DNA of 64,000 bases from Candidatus Aenigmatarchaeota archaeon (GCA_026397315.1 JAPLVC010000007.1:1-64000); one strand, 5' to 3'. Shown: positions 47,782-56,426, counted from the first letter of the stretch. Notes: generated by a model from the letters alone, not told the origin. Numbers and translations are program-made.

Positions 47782-48941
47782 AATTCAAGGGCATGACGAT
47801 AAACATCCTCAGCGTAGGCCTGATAATACTCGTTTCCGTGATTCTTTATGCGTTCCTCAACCCGCTATCGCAGCCGCATTCGTCTGAATACGCGAAAACG
47901 GATATCTATGTCATGAAAAACGCCCTAGATTCGTCCAAAGTCTATTTGAGGGCGTCTTTCGATTATGCTGTTTACCAGGCGCTTTACGACGTTTCGAGAA
48001 AGGGAGGGTTTAGCGACGCCCAAAGCCAGTCCGCATACGCTAACGCTCTGGCGCCTGTCATATCATGCCAGAAAACCGACAAAAGAATCGGTGAGCCGGA
48101 AAAGATAATCGGCTGCGTTCCCGGCGAATACGGATGCCCAGACAGCGACGGCAAAGATGCTTACATAAACGAAGGTTACCAGGTAGGCCTCTTGCAATTC
48201 CTGCTAAAAGACCTTAAATACGAACTTACCGTTGACTGCAAGTTTGGCAAGGGCAGCCTGGAAAAACTCAAGGAATTCCAGAAAGACAAAGGCCTTACTG
48301 AAAGCGGTTTCCTTGACGACGCCACGACGGAGAAGCTGAAAGAATCCTTTGCTTACGATAACTGCGGGGATTATTTTTACGGATGCACGAACAGTTTTTC
48401 TGCCGTATGGAGCACGGAACTCGCAGAAGACCAGTTCAAAAGTAACATCAAGAATGAGATCGTAAAAAACATGAACTCATACACGTCAAAAGGATACGTC
48501 TTCCTCGACCTTCCAATAACAGGTCTTCCGCAATACAAAACCGACAAGATTACGATTTCCGAATCCGGGACTGGATTGAAAGTCTCGCTCAGCGGGGATA
48601 ACATAAAAATATCAAAGAAAGATGAATATGAAGTCATTGACATAGCGTCATCGTCCGACATGGAAAAAATATACGATATAGATGCCTTCGGCATTTACAG
48701 GAAAGCAAAAAGCGTATACAACGACATTAAAAGCAAAGGATGCGATGCCGCAAAAGACGAAACGAAAACTGAAGGCGGATTTAAAACTGAAGTGAAGATC
48801 GTGAGCAAGACGACGAACCCTGAATGCTCCGCTAAAGTCAGGGTCTCGGTGGTGGAAGAAAATCCTAAAAAAGTTCCTGTCTTCAACGGACGTTCCGTAT
48901 CTTTCGAGCCGGTTAACATGATTTTAATGTTGAATTTGTAA
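47775..48941 (+). CDS. pilin-like protein containing a peptidoglycan-binding (PG_binding_1-like) domain
   Basis: 'KFKG|MTINILSVGLIILV'; 'VGLLQFLLKDLKY...VDCKFGKGSLEKLKEFQKDKGLTESGFLDDATTEKL'. Confidence 0.78.
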   Translation: MVKFKGMTINILSVGLIILVSVILYAFLNPLSQPHSSEYAKTDIYVMKNALDSSKVYLRASFDYAVYQALYDVSRKGGFSDAQSQSAYANALAPVISCQKTDKRIGEPEKIIGCVPGEYGCPDSDGKDAYINEGYQVGLLQFLLKDLKYELTVDCKFGKGSLEKLKEFQKDKGLTESGFLDDATTEKLKESFAYDNCGDYFYGCTNSFSAVWSTELAEDQFKSNIKNEIVKNMNSYTSKGYVFLDLPITGLPQYKTDKITISESGTGLKVSLSGDNIKISKKDEYEVIDIASSSDMEKIYDIDAFGIYRKAKSVYNDIKSKGCDAAKDETKTEGGFKTEVKIVSKTTNPECSAKVRVSVVEENPKKVPVFNGRSVSFEPVNMILMLNL

Positions 48942-49104
48942 TGCAGCCAGCGCTGGGAACGTCCCGCGCATAGATTTGTTTTTCAACCACGTTTCAAACC
49001 TTTTAAAAGCGCCGAATTAATGATAAAATAGCCAGGCCAACTGGCGGAAACAGGCAACGCATCATGGCAAAAAAGCGACGCGCATGACTTGGGAGGTGCT
49101 TAGC

Positions 49105-49431
49105 ATGGCAGAGGAAAACGCTGAGACAAGAAGCGAAGCGAAAGAGAGCAAATACAGGTTCAGAGAGAACGACAACGTGATATTCGTCGGGAGTAAGCCG
49201 ACAATGTCATACGTGCTTGCAGTGATGACCCAGTTCTCCGGTGGGACGAATGAAGTGCACATCAAGGCAAGGGGGCGTTCTATCTCGAGAGCGGTGGACG
49301 TCGTCGAAGTTGTGAAGAACAGGTTCGTCAACACGGCGAAGCACACGATAGAGATAGGCACCGAGAAGATGCACGCGGAGAACAACATGGATATCAACGT
49401 GTCGACCATCGACATAAAGCTCGTGAAGTAA
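49105..49431 (+). CDS. albA: DNA/RNA-binding protein Alba
   Basis: 'IFVGSKPTMSYVLAV', 'IKARGRSISRAVDVVE', 'VSTIDI'. Confidence 0.95.
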   Translation: MAEENAETRSEAKESKYRFRENDNVIFVGSKPTMSYVLAVMTQFSGGTNEVHIKARGRSISRAVDVVEVVKNRFVNTAKHTIEIGTEKMHAENNMDINVSTIDIKLVK

Positions 49432-49443
49432 ACCAGCGACTGC

Positions 49444-49500
49444 TTTTTCTTTTATTTTATCGCCTTGAGCGAAAGCTTTGTCGATGCGAAAATAAAGAAA
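49444..49500. terminator. inverted repeat between convergent albA and tRNA-Leu
   Basis: T-rich arm ...ttcttttattttatcgc pairs imperfectly with gcgaaaataaagaaa. Confidence 0.5.
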
Positions 49501-49501
49501 G

Positions 49502-49690
49502 TGCGGGGGCGGAGAGTCGAACTCCGGAAGGCACTAAGCCACAGGATGGCTTATGAGGCTTTTTGTTCACAGACACCAGGTCTCGCAACTTAAAGTCCTA
49601 CCTTAAGTTTGGCAAAGACAGTTCGACAATGATTTTGTTCATTATCTTTCGCTGTCTTTCCTGCCCCTTTGACCACTCGGGAACCCCCGC
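49502..49690 (-). tRNA. tRNA-Leu(UAA) with two introns (30/31: 49609-49659; 37/38: 49548-49601)
   Basis: acceptor GCGGGGG/CCCCCGC-A, long variable arm, TTCGA T-loop; middle exon ACTTAAG 49602-49608; both introns form BHB motifs. Confidence 0.88.
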
Positions 49691-49738
49691 AATTAGAATT
49701 AATTAATCCGGATTAATAAAAAGCAGTTTCGCCAGCGC

Positions 49739-50863
49739 TCACTTTAAGAACTTGTCTACCTGTTTCCTCGCGTGCTCCCTCTTCCTTGCGTGCTCGCGCA
49801 GAAACGCTTCCATCTTTTCCACGAGAATCTGCTTCAGTTCGCCTGAAAGCAGCTTGCCGGACTTGTAGTCGTCGTAAATCTGCTGCATCTTCTTGTCGTC
49901 GGGCTCGAATTGCGAGTAGAGATACTGGTAGGCGACGTCGATTTCCGGCACGCCTCCTTTCTTGCGATGCTCCTCCAGCGTGTCTCGCCCTCCGGAGAAG
50001 GCGTATTTCATTATCTTGCTTTTTGCAGTGGCCGGGTCGTCCGTGAGGGCGATGTAGGAATACGGGTCCGAAGAGCTCATCTTCCCACCCTTGAGGCCCT
50101 TGATGAAAACATGATACGTCGACGATGGAAGCACGAAATTGTGCTCCTTCTCGAAGCGCGCCGCGATGTCCCTGCTTAGGCGTATGTGCGGGTCCTGGTC
50201 CGCGCCGACGGGCACGACGACGTGCCTGTAGCCGCCGAATTCAGGCAGCATGGGATGGAGGATGTCCGCGACCTGCGTCATGACCGACATTACTTTTCCC
50301 GGCGTGATTTCGCCGTAAACGGCCTTCATCTCGTTGAACGTGACCTTCTTAGCGGCCATGCCGGACAGGCGGTAGAACGCGTTGGCTTTGTCCGGGTCTT
50401 TCGAGCGCGCGCTCTGGAAGTAGAAGTCGCAGTTCTTCGGGTCGAGCCCGAGAGCTATGTAATTGACCAGGTATTCGTTTATCGCGATTTCGCGCAGCTT
50501 ATCCATGTCGTCTATGCGCATGTTGTATGCCTCGATGTCGGCGACGCAGATGAACACCTTCGCTCCGAGCACTTTCTGATGGTAGATTATCTGCTCTGCC
50601 AGGATCTTGTGACCGAGATGGAACTTGCCCGAAGGCATAAGCCCCGTGAGCATGGCGTAACTCTCTTTTCTCGCGAGCGCGTCGAGAATCTTGTCGAAGT
50701 CGCGATGGCCGAACACGATGCCTCTTCTCATGAGTAAGTGAGGCTCCTTCATCCGCTTTAGTAACGGCTCGAACGGCTGGATGCCGAACTCGTCGCGCAG
50801 CTTGGCGTAATCCTTCACTTCCATTGATCCCCATGGATTTATTTCAGTTTTCATTTTCATCAC
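49739..50863 (-). CDS. trpS: tryptophanyl-tRNA synthetase (archaeal type)
   Basis: 'TGLMPSGKFHLGH', 'VPVGADQDPH', 'KMSSS', 'AFSGGR'. Confidence 0.95.
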   Translation of the reverse strand: MMKMKTEINPWGSMEVKDYAKLRDEFGIQPFEPLLKRMKEPHLLMRRGIVFGHRDFDKILDALARKESYAMLTGLMPSGKFHLGHKILAEQIIYHQKVLGAKVFICVADIEAYNMRIDDMDKLREIAINEYLVNYIALGLDPKNCDFYFQSARSKDPDKANAFYRLSGMAAKKVTFNEMKAVYGEITPGKVMSVMTQVADILHPMLPEFGGYRHVVVPVGADQDPHIRLSRDIAARFEKEHNFVLPSSTYHVFIKGLKGGKMSSSDPYSYIALTDDPATAKSKIMKYAFSGGRDTLEEHRKKGGVPEIDVAYQYLYSQFEPDDKKMQQIYDDYKSGKLLSGELKQILVEKMEAFLREHARKREHARKQVDKFLK

Positions 50864-50940
50864 TTGCCGTCATCACAGATAATCTATATTTTGATTCGTT
50901 TGTATATATTCTCTCACGGTCCGTTTCAATAACTGCCCGT

Positions 50941-51144
50941 TCAATCCAGGAATATGCCATAGCCGCCAAAGCTGGAGATGTCAATTCCTCTTCTGCCAAG
51001 TTCGCCTTCGATAACTTTCAACTCCGCAAGGTAATTTTCCAGTTTCCGTCCGGTCGGCCCTTCCACTATAAACCTTCCCTGGATATAACCGCGCCTTTCA
51101 AGCATCTGCAAAGTTTCGTTATTGCTGTTATTATCACCTAACAT
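50941..51144 (-). CDS. small hypothetical protein
   Basis: GGAGGTG RBS; co-oriented between trpB2 and trpS. Confidence 0.55.
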   Translation of the reverse strand: MLGDNNSNNETLQMLERRGYIQGRFIVEGPTGRKLENYLAELKVIEGELGRRGIDISSFGGYGIFLD

Positions 51145-51177
51145 GTTTACACCTCCTTAAGTTTTCTTTGACGCAAC

Positions 51178-52482
51178 TCATAGGCCGAGCATCTCATGGT
51201 ATCCCGGAAGGTCGAGCAGACCGTGGCCGCTCAGGTTGAATAATATCGTTTTCCCCTCTTTCGTCTGCTTCGCCGCGAGCGCCTGGTCAATCGCCGCTTT
51301 CACCGCGAAGTTCGACTCTGGCGCCGGTATTATGCCTTCGCTCCTCGCGAATAAGCGGCCGGCTTCGAACGTCTCCTTCTGGTCGTATGCCATTGCCCTG
51401 ACTATTTTCTTGTTCACCAGCAAGCTAAGCGTCGGGGCGCATCCGTGGTAGCGCAGCCCTCCGGCATGTATCGCAGGCGGGATAAACTCGCATCCCAGCG
51501 TGCACATCTTCAGCAACGGCGTGAGCTTGCCCGTGTCGCCGAAGTCGTATTTGTAATCGCCCCTGGTCATGCTCGGCACGACGTCCGGCTCGACTGCGAT
51601 GAATTCGCAATCACTTTTCCCCGCCAGTTTCTTAGCAATGAACGGGTAGGCGAGGCCGGCGAAATTCGACCCGCCTCCCACGCAGCCGATTATCACGTCG
51701 GGTTTCTCATCGATTTTGTGCAGCTGTTTTTGCGTCTCGAGCCCTATCATCGTCTGATGCATGAGCACGTGGTTCAGCACGCTACCCAGCGAATAGTTCG
51801 TCTTCGCGTCCTTCGCCGCGACCTCTACCGCTTCCGAAATCGCGATTCCCAGCGAGCCTGGGGTGTCAGGGAAACGCTCGCGGATTTTCTTCCCGATTTC
51901 TGTCGTGTCGCTTGGCGACGCGACCACGTCTGCACCGAACATGCGCATGAGCATCCTGCGGTATGGCTTCTGTTCATAGCTCACGCGCACCATGTATACT
52001 TTGCATTTCATGCCGGTGAAAGCGCAGGCCATCGCTAGCGCCGAGCCCCACTGGCCTGCGCCAGTTTCCGTCGTGAGCGTTTCCACCCCCGCCTTCGTCG
52101 CATAATACGCCTGAGCAAGAGCGGTGTTCGGCTTGTGCGAGCCAACAGGCGACAAATCCTCGCGCTTGTAGAATATGCGCACGTCCTCAGGCAGCTTCAA
52201 TGCGCGCTCAAGCCTCGTCGCCCTGCACAGCGGTCGCGGCCTTCCTATCTTAAGAAACAGCTCCCTGAGCTCACGGGGAATTTTGACAAAGCGCTCTTCA
52301 GCGAATTCCTGCCTTATCAGCTCCTTGCAGAACAAAGGCTCCAGCATTTCCGGCTTGATTGGCTCGCCGTTGGCCGGGTTCAGCGGCATCGGCAGCGGCT
52401 CGGGCAGATCGGGCAGGATGTTATAGAAGTATCTGGGCAATTCTTCCTCACACAGGTCGACCCTGTAGCCAGAGTCGGCCAC
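51178..52482 (-). CDS. trpB2: tryptophan synthase beta chain type 2 (TrpB2)
   Basis: 'GSHKPNTA' PLP Lys, 'TETGAGQWG', 'GCVGGGSN', 'HAGGLRYHG', 'NLSGHG'. Confidence 0.93.
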   Translation of the reverse strand: MADSGYRVDLCEEELPRYFYNILPDLPEPLPMPLNPANGEPIKPEMLEPLFCKELIRQEFAEERFVKIPRELRELFLKIGRPRPLCRATRLERALKLPEDVRIFYKREDLSPVGSHKPNTALAQAYYATKAGVETLTTETGAGQWGSALAMACAFTGMKCKVYMVRVSYEQKPYRRMLMRMFGADVVASPSDTTEIGKKIRERFPDTPGSLGIAISEAVEVAAKDAKTNYSLGSVLNHVLMHQTMIGLETQKQLHKIDEKPDVIIGCVGGGSNFAGLAYPFIAKKLAGKSDCEFIAVEPDVVPSMTRGDYKYDFGDTGKLTPLLKMCTLGCEFIPPAIHAGGLRYHGCAPTLSLLVNKKIVRAMAYDQKETFEAGRLFARSEGIIPAPESNFAVKAAIDQALAAKQTKEGKTILFNLSGHGLLDLPGYHEMLGL

Positions 52483-52533
52483 CCTTCATATTTTTTTCGT
52501 TGATAGCGTTTTCTCTCATACTCACACCTCCTC

Positions 52534-52743
52534 TTAAATGTCTCTACTATTGCTCATGAAGTGAAAGAACAGTTTCCCGTTTTCCTTCACGGTTTTGCCG
52601 CTATACCTGCCGTTGTCGAAGTCTATACCCTGTATGTAGGTCCTGCCATCTGCTCCGGTAAACATGAACCTTGTGTCCGACCCGTACATGCCGAAATCGA
52701 TATGCTTCGACGTGGCTATCTCGACTTTCCTGCTATCCAGCAT
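52534..52743 (-). CDS. small hypothetical protein
   Basis: GGAGG RBS; operonic. Confidence 0.55.
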   Translation of the reverse strand: MLDSRKVEIATSKHIDFGMYGSDTRFMFTGADGRTYIQGIDFDNGRYSGKTVKENGKLFFHFMSNSRDI

Positions 52744-52755
52744 ACGCTGACCTCC

Positions 52756-52950
52756 CTAGTTTTCCTTCATCTTCGCCGACAGCAGCTTGTATGTAAGCGA
52801 ACCAGCGAAAACTGCGGCCGAAGAGAGCAATATCACGTTCGGTTCGAGCCCCACAACCACCCCGGCTGCAGATAGCTCTATCGCTTTCATTACCCCGTCT
52901 TCCAGGGCTTTCAACAGAAGCCCCTTCTCCCGAATGTTTTTTTGCACCAT
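52756..52950 (-). CDS. small membrane protein
   Basis: hydrophobic C-terminal half; operonic. Confidence 0.5.
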   Translation of the reverse strand: MVQKNIREKGLLLKALEDGVMKAIELSAAGVVVGLEPNVILLSSAAVFAGSLTYKLLSAKMKEN

Positions 52951-52980
52951 ACTTCCCGAAACCCATGTGTTTTTTGCGTC

Positions 52981-53313
52981 TCATGCTTTCTCCTTCGCTA
53001 TCGTGGTAAGCACAATCCTGCCGACGGCCGTGACCTTCGCAGGTTTGCCGTAGCCGTTGGTTATCATGCCCACTTCCTTGAGCGAGTTGATGTTCATCCA
53101 TACAGTCGATTTGGGACAACACAGCTGCTGCGATATTGCATCTACTGCGGAAGTAATCGTTCTGGAGCCGTGCTGTGCGTCCAGCGCCTTCAGTATCTCG
53201 ACTTTCTTCGAGTTGAGTATTTTGCTCGAAAGCTTGACCACAGCGTCGAGAACCTCGTTCACGCTTATGTCGCCACAATCCTCTTTCAGCCCGGAAGTGT
53301 AATTAAAAATCAT
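52981..53313 (-). CDS. winged-helix transcriptional regulator
   Basis: 'TITSAVDAISQQLCCPKSTVWMNINSLKEVGMI...KVTAVG'; GAAGGTG RBS before ATG 53313. Confidence 0.7.
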   Translation of the reverse strand: MIFNYTSGLKEDCGDISVNEVLDAVVKLSSKILNSKKVEILKALDAQHGSRTITSAVDAISQQLCCPKSTVWMNINSLKEVGMITNGYGKPAKVTAVGRIVLTTIAKEKA

Positions 53314-53363
53314 CCCAAACACCTTCTTTTTGAAGGAATTCGATTTAGAAATGGGATGAAGTT

Positions 53364-53468
53364 TTAGCGCTTAATCCAAAACTTCATCAAATGCGAATAC
53401 CTGAAATCGGCCATACTCTGGGCTGAAAGAATCAAAAATTCATTTCCGAGTACGGTCGATGTTTGCAT
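53364..53468 (-). CDS. candidate 34-aa leader peptide ending ...MKFWIKR
   Basis: TATA (TTTATAAAA) ~25 nt upstream of ATG; Trp codon lies within an 11-bp hairpin. Confidence 0.45.
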   Translation of the reverse strand: MQTSTVLGNEFLILSAQSMADFRYSHLMKFWIKR

Positions 53469-53579
53469 AATATTTTATTGCGGGCCATGTTTTATAAACG
53501 CAGCGTGCAGCATTTTCTGGAGTAAACCATTCGCTAGGCTCCGCGCAACATATTTAACGGAAACCTCGAAATATTAAGC

Positions 53580-54293
53580 ATGAAAAAACCCGCCGGGAAA
53601 AAACGGCCTAAGCGAACGAAACAAAACGAACTTGTAAAACCGGACAAGCGGCCGGAGTTCAGGGACGTGTTCATCGAGAGCCGCGCTTTCAAGACGCTCA
53701 TCACTTCTGCGATAGAGGTCTACAACCGCGAGACCAATGGCGTCATACTAGGCAGTAACACCGTCAAGGCGATAAAGGACGAGCGAAAGAAAGTGATCAC
53801 GATAAAGGAAGTATATCCGTTCCAGACGGAAGAGCGCAAACCATCCGAGGTTGTGCATGGCAATGTCGCCGCCTTCAAGCGCGTGCTGAGAACGATTGAC
53901 TCGTTCGACGCTGAAATCATAGGCGGCTATCACTCTCACCCGTTCCCGTATTTCAAGGTCAGGCTATCGAAGGGCGATTTTGCGTCGATAAAAGAGGACA
54001 TAGAGGCCATGATGAAAGTCGGCCACAAGCGCGTCGCCAACGAATGGCTGGAAATCCTTCTCTCGATAAAAAGGAAAGAATACGCCAAGCCCAGCGGCAG
54101 AGAATGGTATATCTGCGACTACATCAAGAAGCTGCGCTGCTACGTGAGGACGCAGAAGAAAGTCGGCTGGGACATACTGGTATCGGCTTACTGGATATAT
54201 CCCAAAAAGCAGGATCCTCAGAAGGCGAAACCGCTCAAGTGGGAGATGGGCGCGAAAGAAGCCGCGGTCTTCGTGCCGTGGAACCTCGATTAG
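53580..54293 (+). CDS. JAB/MPN (Mov34) domain metalloprotein
   Basis: 'ETNGVILG', 'GGYHSHP', 'LSKGD'. Confidence 0.75.
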   Translation: MKKPAGKKRPKRTKQNELVKPDKRPEFRDVFIESRAFKTLITSAIEVYNRETNGVILGSNTVKAIKDERKKVITIKEVYPFQTEERKPSEVVHGNVAAFKRVLRTIDSFDAEIIGGYHSHPFPYFKVRLSKGDFASIKEDIEAMMKVGHKRVANEWLEILLSIKRKEYAKPSGREWYICDYIKKLRCYVRTQKKVGWDILVSAYWIYPKKQDPQKAKPLKWEMGAKEAAVFVPWNLD

Positions 54294-54305
54294 TATGGTG
54301 GTGTT

Positions 54306-55022
54306 ATGGAATATGTTATTGAAGCATCTGGTTTGACGAAGAAATTTGGCGCGCTGAAGGCCGTCGATGGTTTGTCACTTTCAATCAAAAAAGGCGAACT
54401 GTTCGGCCTACTCGGACCAAATGGCTCAGGCAAAACGACAACTATAAAGCTGCTGACCGGCCAGCTGAAACCACTGGATGGCCGTGCAAGAGTGATGAAT
54501 GTAGACGTCCTGAAAAACCCCATAAGGGTAAAGGAGCTTGTAGGTATAATCCCGGAGCAGGAGACGCCACCCAGTTTTCTGACTGCGGAAGAGTATCTTA
54601 ATTTCGTGTGCAAAATAAGGAAAATCGAAAACGCGGAAAATAGATGCAAAAAATGGCTGAAATTCCTGGAATTCGAGGACCAGAAAGACGTCCTGTGCAA
54701 AGACCTGTCCAGGGGAACGAGGCAGAAGCTCATGTTCGCCCAAGCTTTCATCCACGAGCCGAAGCTCGCCTTCATCGACGAGCCGCTCATAAACCTTGAC
54801 CCGGTAATACAGAGAAAAGTGAAGGATTTCCTGCAGGGTTTCGTGAAAAGGGGCGGGACGATATTCTTCTCCACGCACGTGCTTGAGATAGCCGAGGAGA
54901 TATGCACCAGGATAGCCATAATAGACAAGGGCAGGATCATTTACGAAGGCCGGATAAAAGACCTGAAAAGGAAAAAACAGCATCTCGAAGGATTGTTTTT
55001 GAAAATGGTGAAAGAGGCCTGA
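54306..55022 (+). CDS. ABC transporter ATP-binding protein
   Basis: GPNGSGKTT, LSRG, 'FIDEP', STH. Confidence 0.93.
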   Translation: MEYVIEASGLTKKFGALKAVDGLSLSIKKGELFGLLGPNGSGKTTTIKLLTGQLKPLDGRARVMNVDVLKNPIRVKELVGIIPEQETPPSFLTAEEYLNFVCKIRKIENAENRCKKWLKFLEFEDQKDVLCKDLSRGTRQKLMFAQAFIHEPKLAFIDEPLINLDPVIQRKVKDFLQGFVKRGGTIFFSTHVLEIAEEICTRIAIIDKGRIIYEGRIKDLKRKKQHLEGLFLKMVKEA

Positions 55023-56426
55023 ATGTTCGAACTATTAAAGAGCATGATGAAGGAGGAGTGGCGCTCGCATTCGACGATGTTCGGGAGCATGATGTTTGCC
55101 CTTTTCCCCGTAATGATTGCCATTTTCTCATTTGCCGGCTCTTTATTCCTGCCGCTTTTCACGACTATACTGGCGGCTGACAAAATCGCCCTGCTGGCTC
55201 ATTATACTTTTGTCATCTTCGGTCTGAGCGTCGGAGCTTTCGGCTTGTCCGGAAGGGAAATCATCAACAGGCGTTTCGGCCAGGCCAGCCTGATAGCGTA
55301 CTCTTCAAAAAGCCTGCCTGTATCCGAAAGAAAAATATTCATGAACTTCTGCGTAAAAGATGTCATCTATTATTTCACATTCTGGATATTGCCATTCATG
55401 GCCGGCCTCGCTTTCGCGCTGCCTTTCATGACCGTCAGCCTAGATTACCTGCTCGTTTTTTCTACTCTTTCGCTCTCGTTTTTCATCGGTCTCTCCGCCA
55501 TGTTTCTGCTCTCAACGCTTTATGCGCACTCAAGCCGGATTCTATTCGGCTTGCTGGCCATAATCGGGGTTCCGTTAATTTTTCTGGGTTTATATTTCGG
55601 TGTTGACCTGCCAAGCTCGCTGCCTTCATTCTCATTTTTCGTATCGCGCTCATGGGAAGATCTTGCCTTTGCATTGTTTCTGATAGTCGTCCCTTCAGCC
55701 GTATCCCTGGCTTTCCCGAAAATGGACTACCCGGAAAAGAAGAGAATGTACAGAAACTCGCTAGCAGGACTTTCAAAAAAACTTGACTTGTTGGGGAACT
55801 CTCACTTCATCTCCAAAGACATCATTGACATGCAGAGAAGCGAGGGTGGCCTTGGAAAAATATTATTTGCTTTCATATTTCCAGTAGCATTTATCTGGGT
55901 GCTTCTGTTTGTTTTCCTGAAGTTCGTGCCTATCGCCGATTTCCTGCTGGTGTTCTCCATTCTATTGGGTGTGCTGGCCTCTTCCATTTACGAATGGCTC
56001 ACGGAATTTGACATTTTCACCTCATATGTTTTCCTTCCGGTGAAAGTTTCGACTCTAATGAAAAGTAAAATAAAGGGCTACGCCATCATCAACATCGTCC
56101 CGCTTTCAATCCTGTTTTTAACGGCGATATGGCTTAATCAGCTTCAGGACCTGGTCATCGCCATGGCGGCATTCCTGTCTGTTTCCTCGTTCACGCTGTC
56201 CATCAAAATATACCTGACAGGCCTATATCCTAATATTCTCCTGTACAGCGCGAAGATATTCGTCATGTTTTTGTTCGCCGCCTCACCGGTGCTGCTGCCC
56301 ATGATAATTCTTTCCATAATCAATCCCCTATACCTGCTCGCCAGCCCTGTTTTGATGCTGCTGTCGTTCTACATCATAAAGAAAGGTTTTGCAAAATGGG
56401 ACAAGACCGAGAGCGTTTACTTCTAG
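55023..56426 (+). CDS. ABC-2-type permease
   Basis: ~12 TM; directly follows ATPase. Confidence 0.75.
   Translation: MFELLKSMMKEEWRSHSTMFGSMMFALFPVMIAIFSFAGSLFLPLFTTILAADKIALLAHYTFVIFGLSVGAFGLSGREIINRRFGQASLIAYSSKSLPVSERKIFMNFCVKDVIYYFTFWILPFMAGLAFALPFMTVSLDYLLVFSTLSLSFFIGLSAMFLLSTLYAHSSRILFGLLAIIGVPLIFLGLYFGVDLPSSLPSFSFFVSRSWEDLAFALFLIVVPSAVSLAFPKMDYPEKKRMYRNSLAGLSKKLDLLGNSHFISKDIIDMQRSEGGLGKILFAFIFPVAFIWVLLFVFLKFVPIADFLLVFSILLGVLASSIYEWLTEFDIFTSYVFLPVKVSTLMKSKIKGYAIINIVPLSILFLTAIWLNQLQDLVIAMAAFLSVSSFTLSIKIYLTGLYPNILLYSAKIFVMFLFAASPVLLPMIILSIINPLYLLASPVLMLLSFYIIKKGFAKWDKTESVYF

Noticed and set aside
44970-48941. Bacterial contamination explaining the peptidoglycan enzymes
   Set aside because: The domains are fused within archaeal-style class III signal proteins, share host codon style, and are contiguous with alba and a BHB-intron tRNA.
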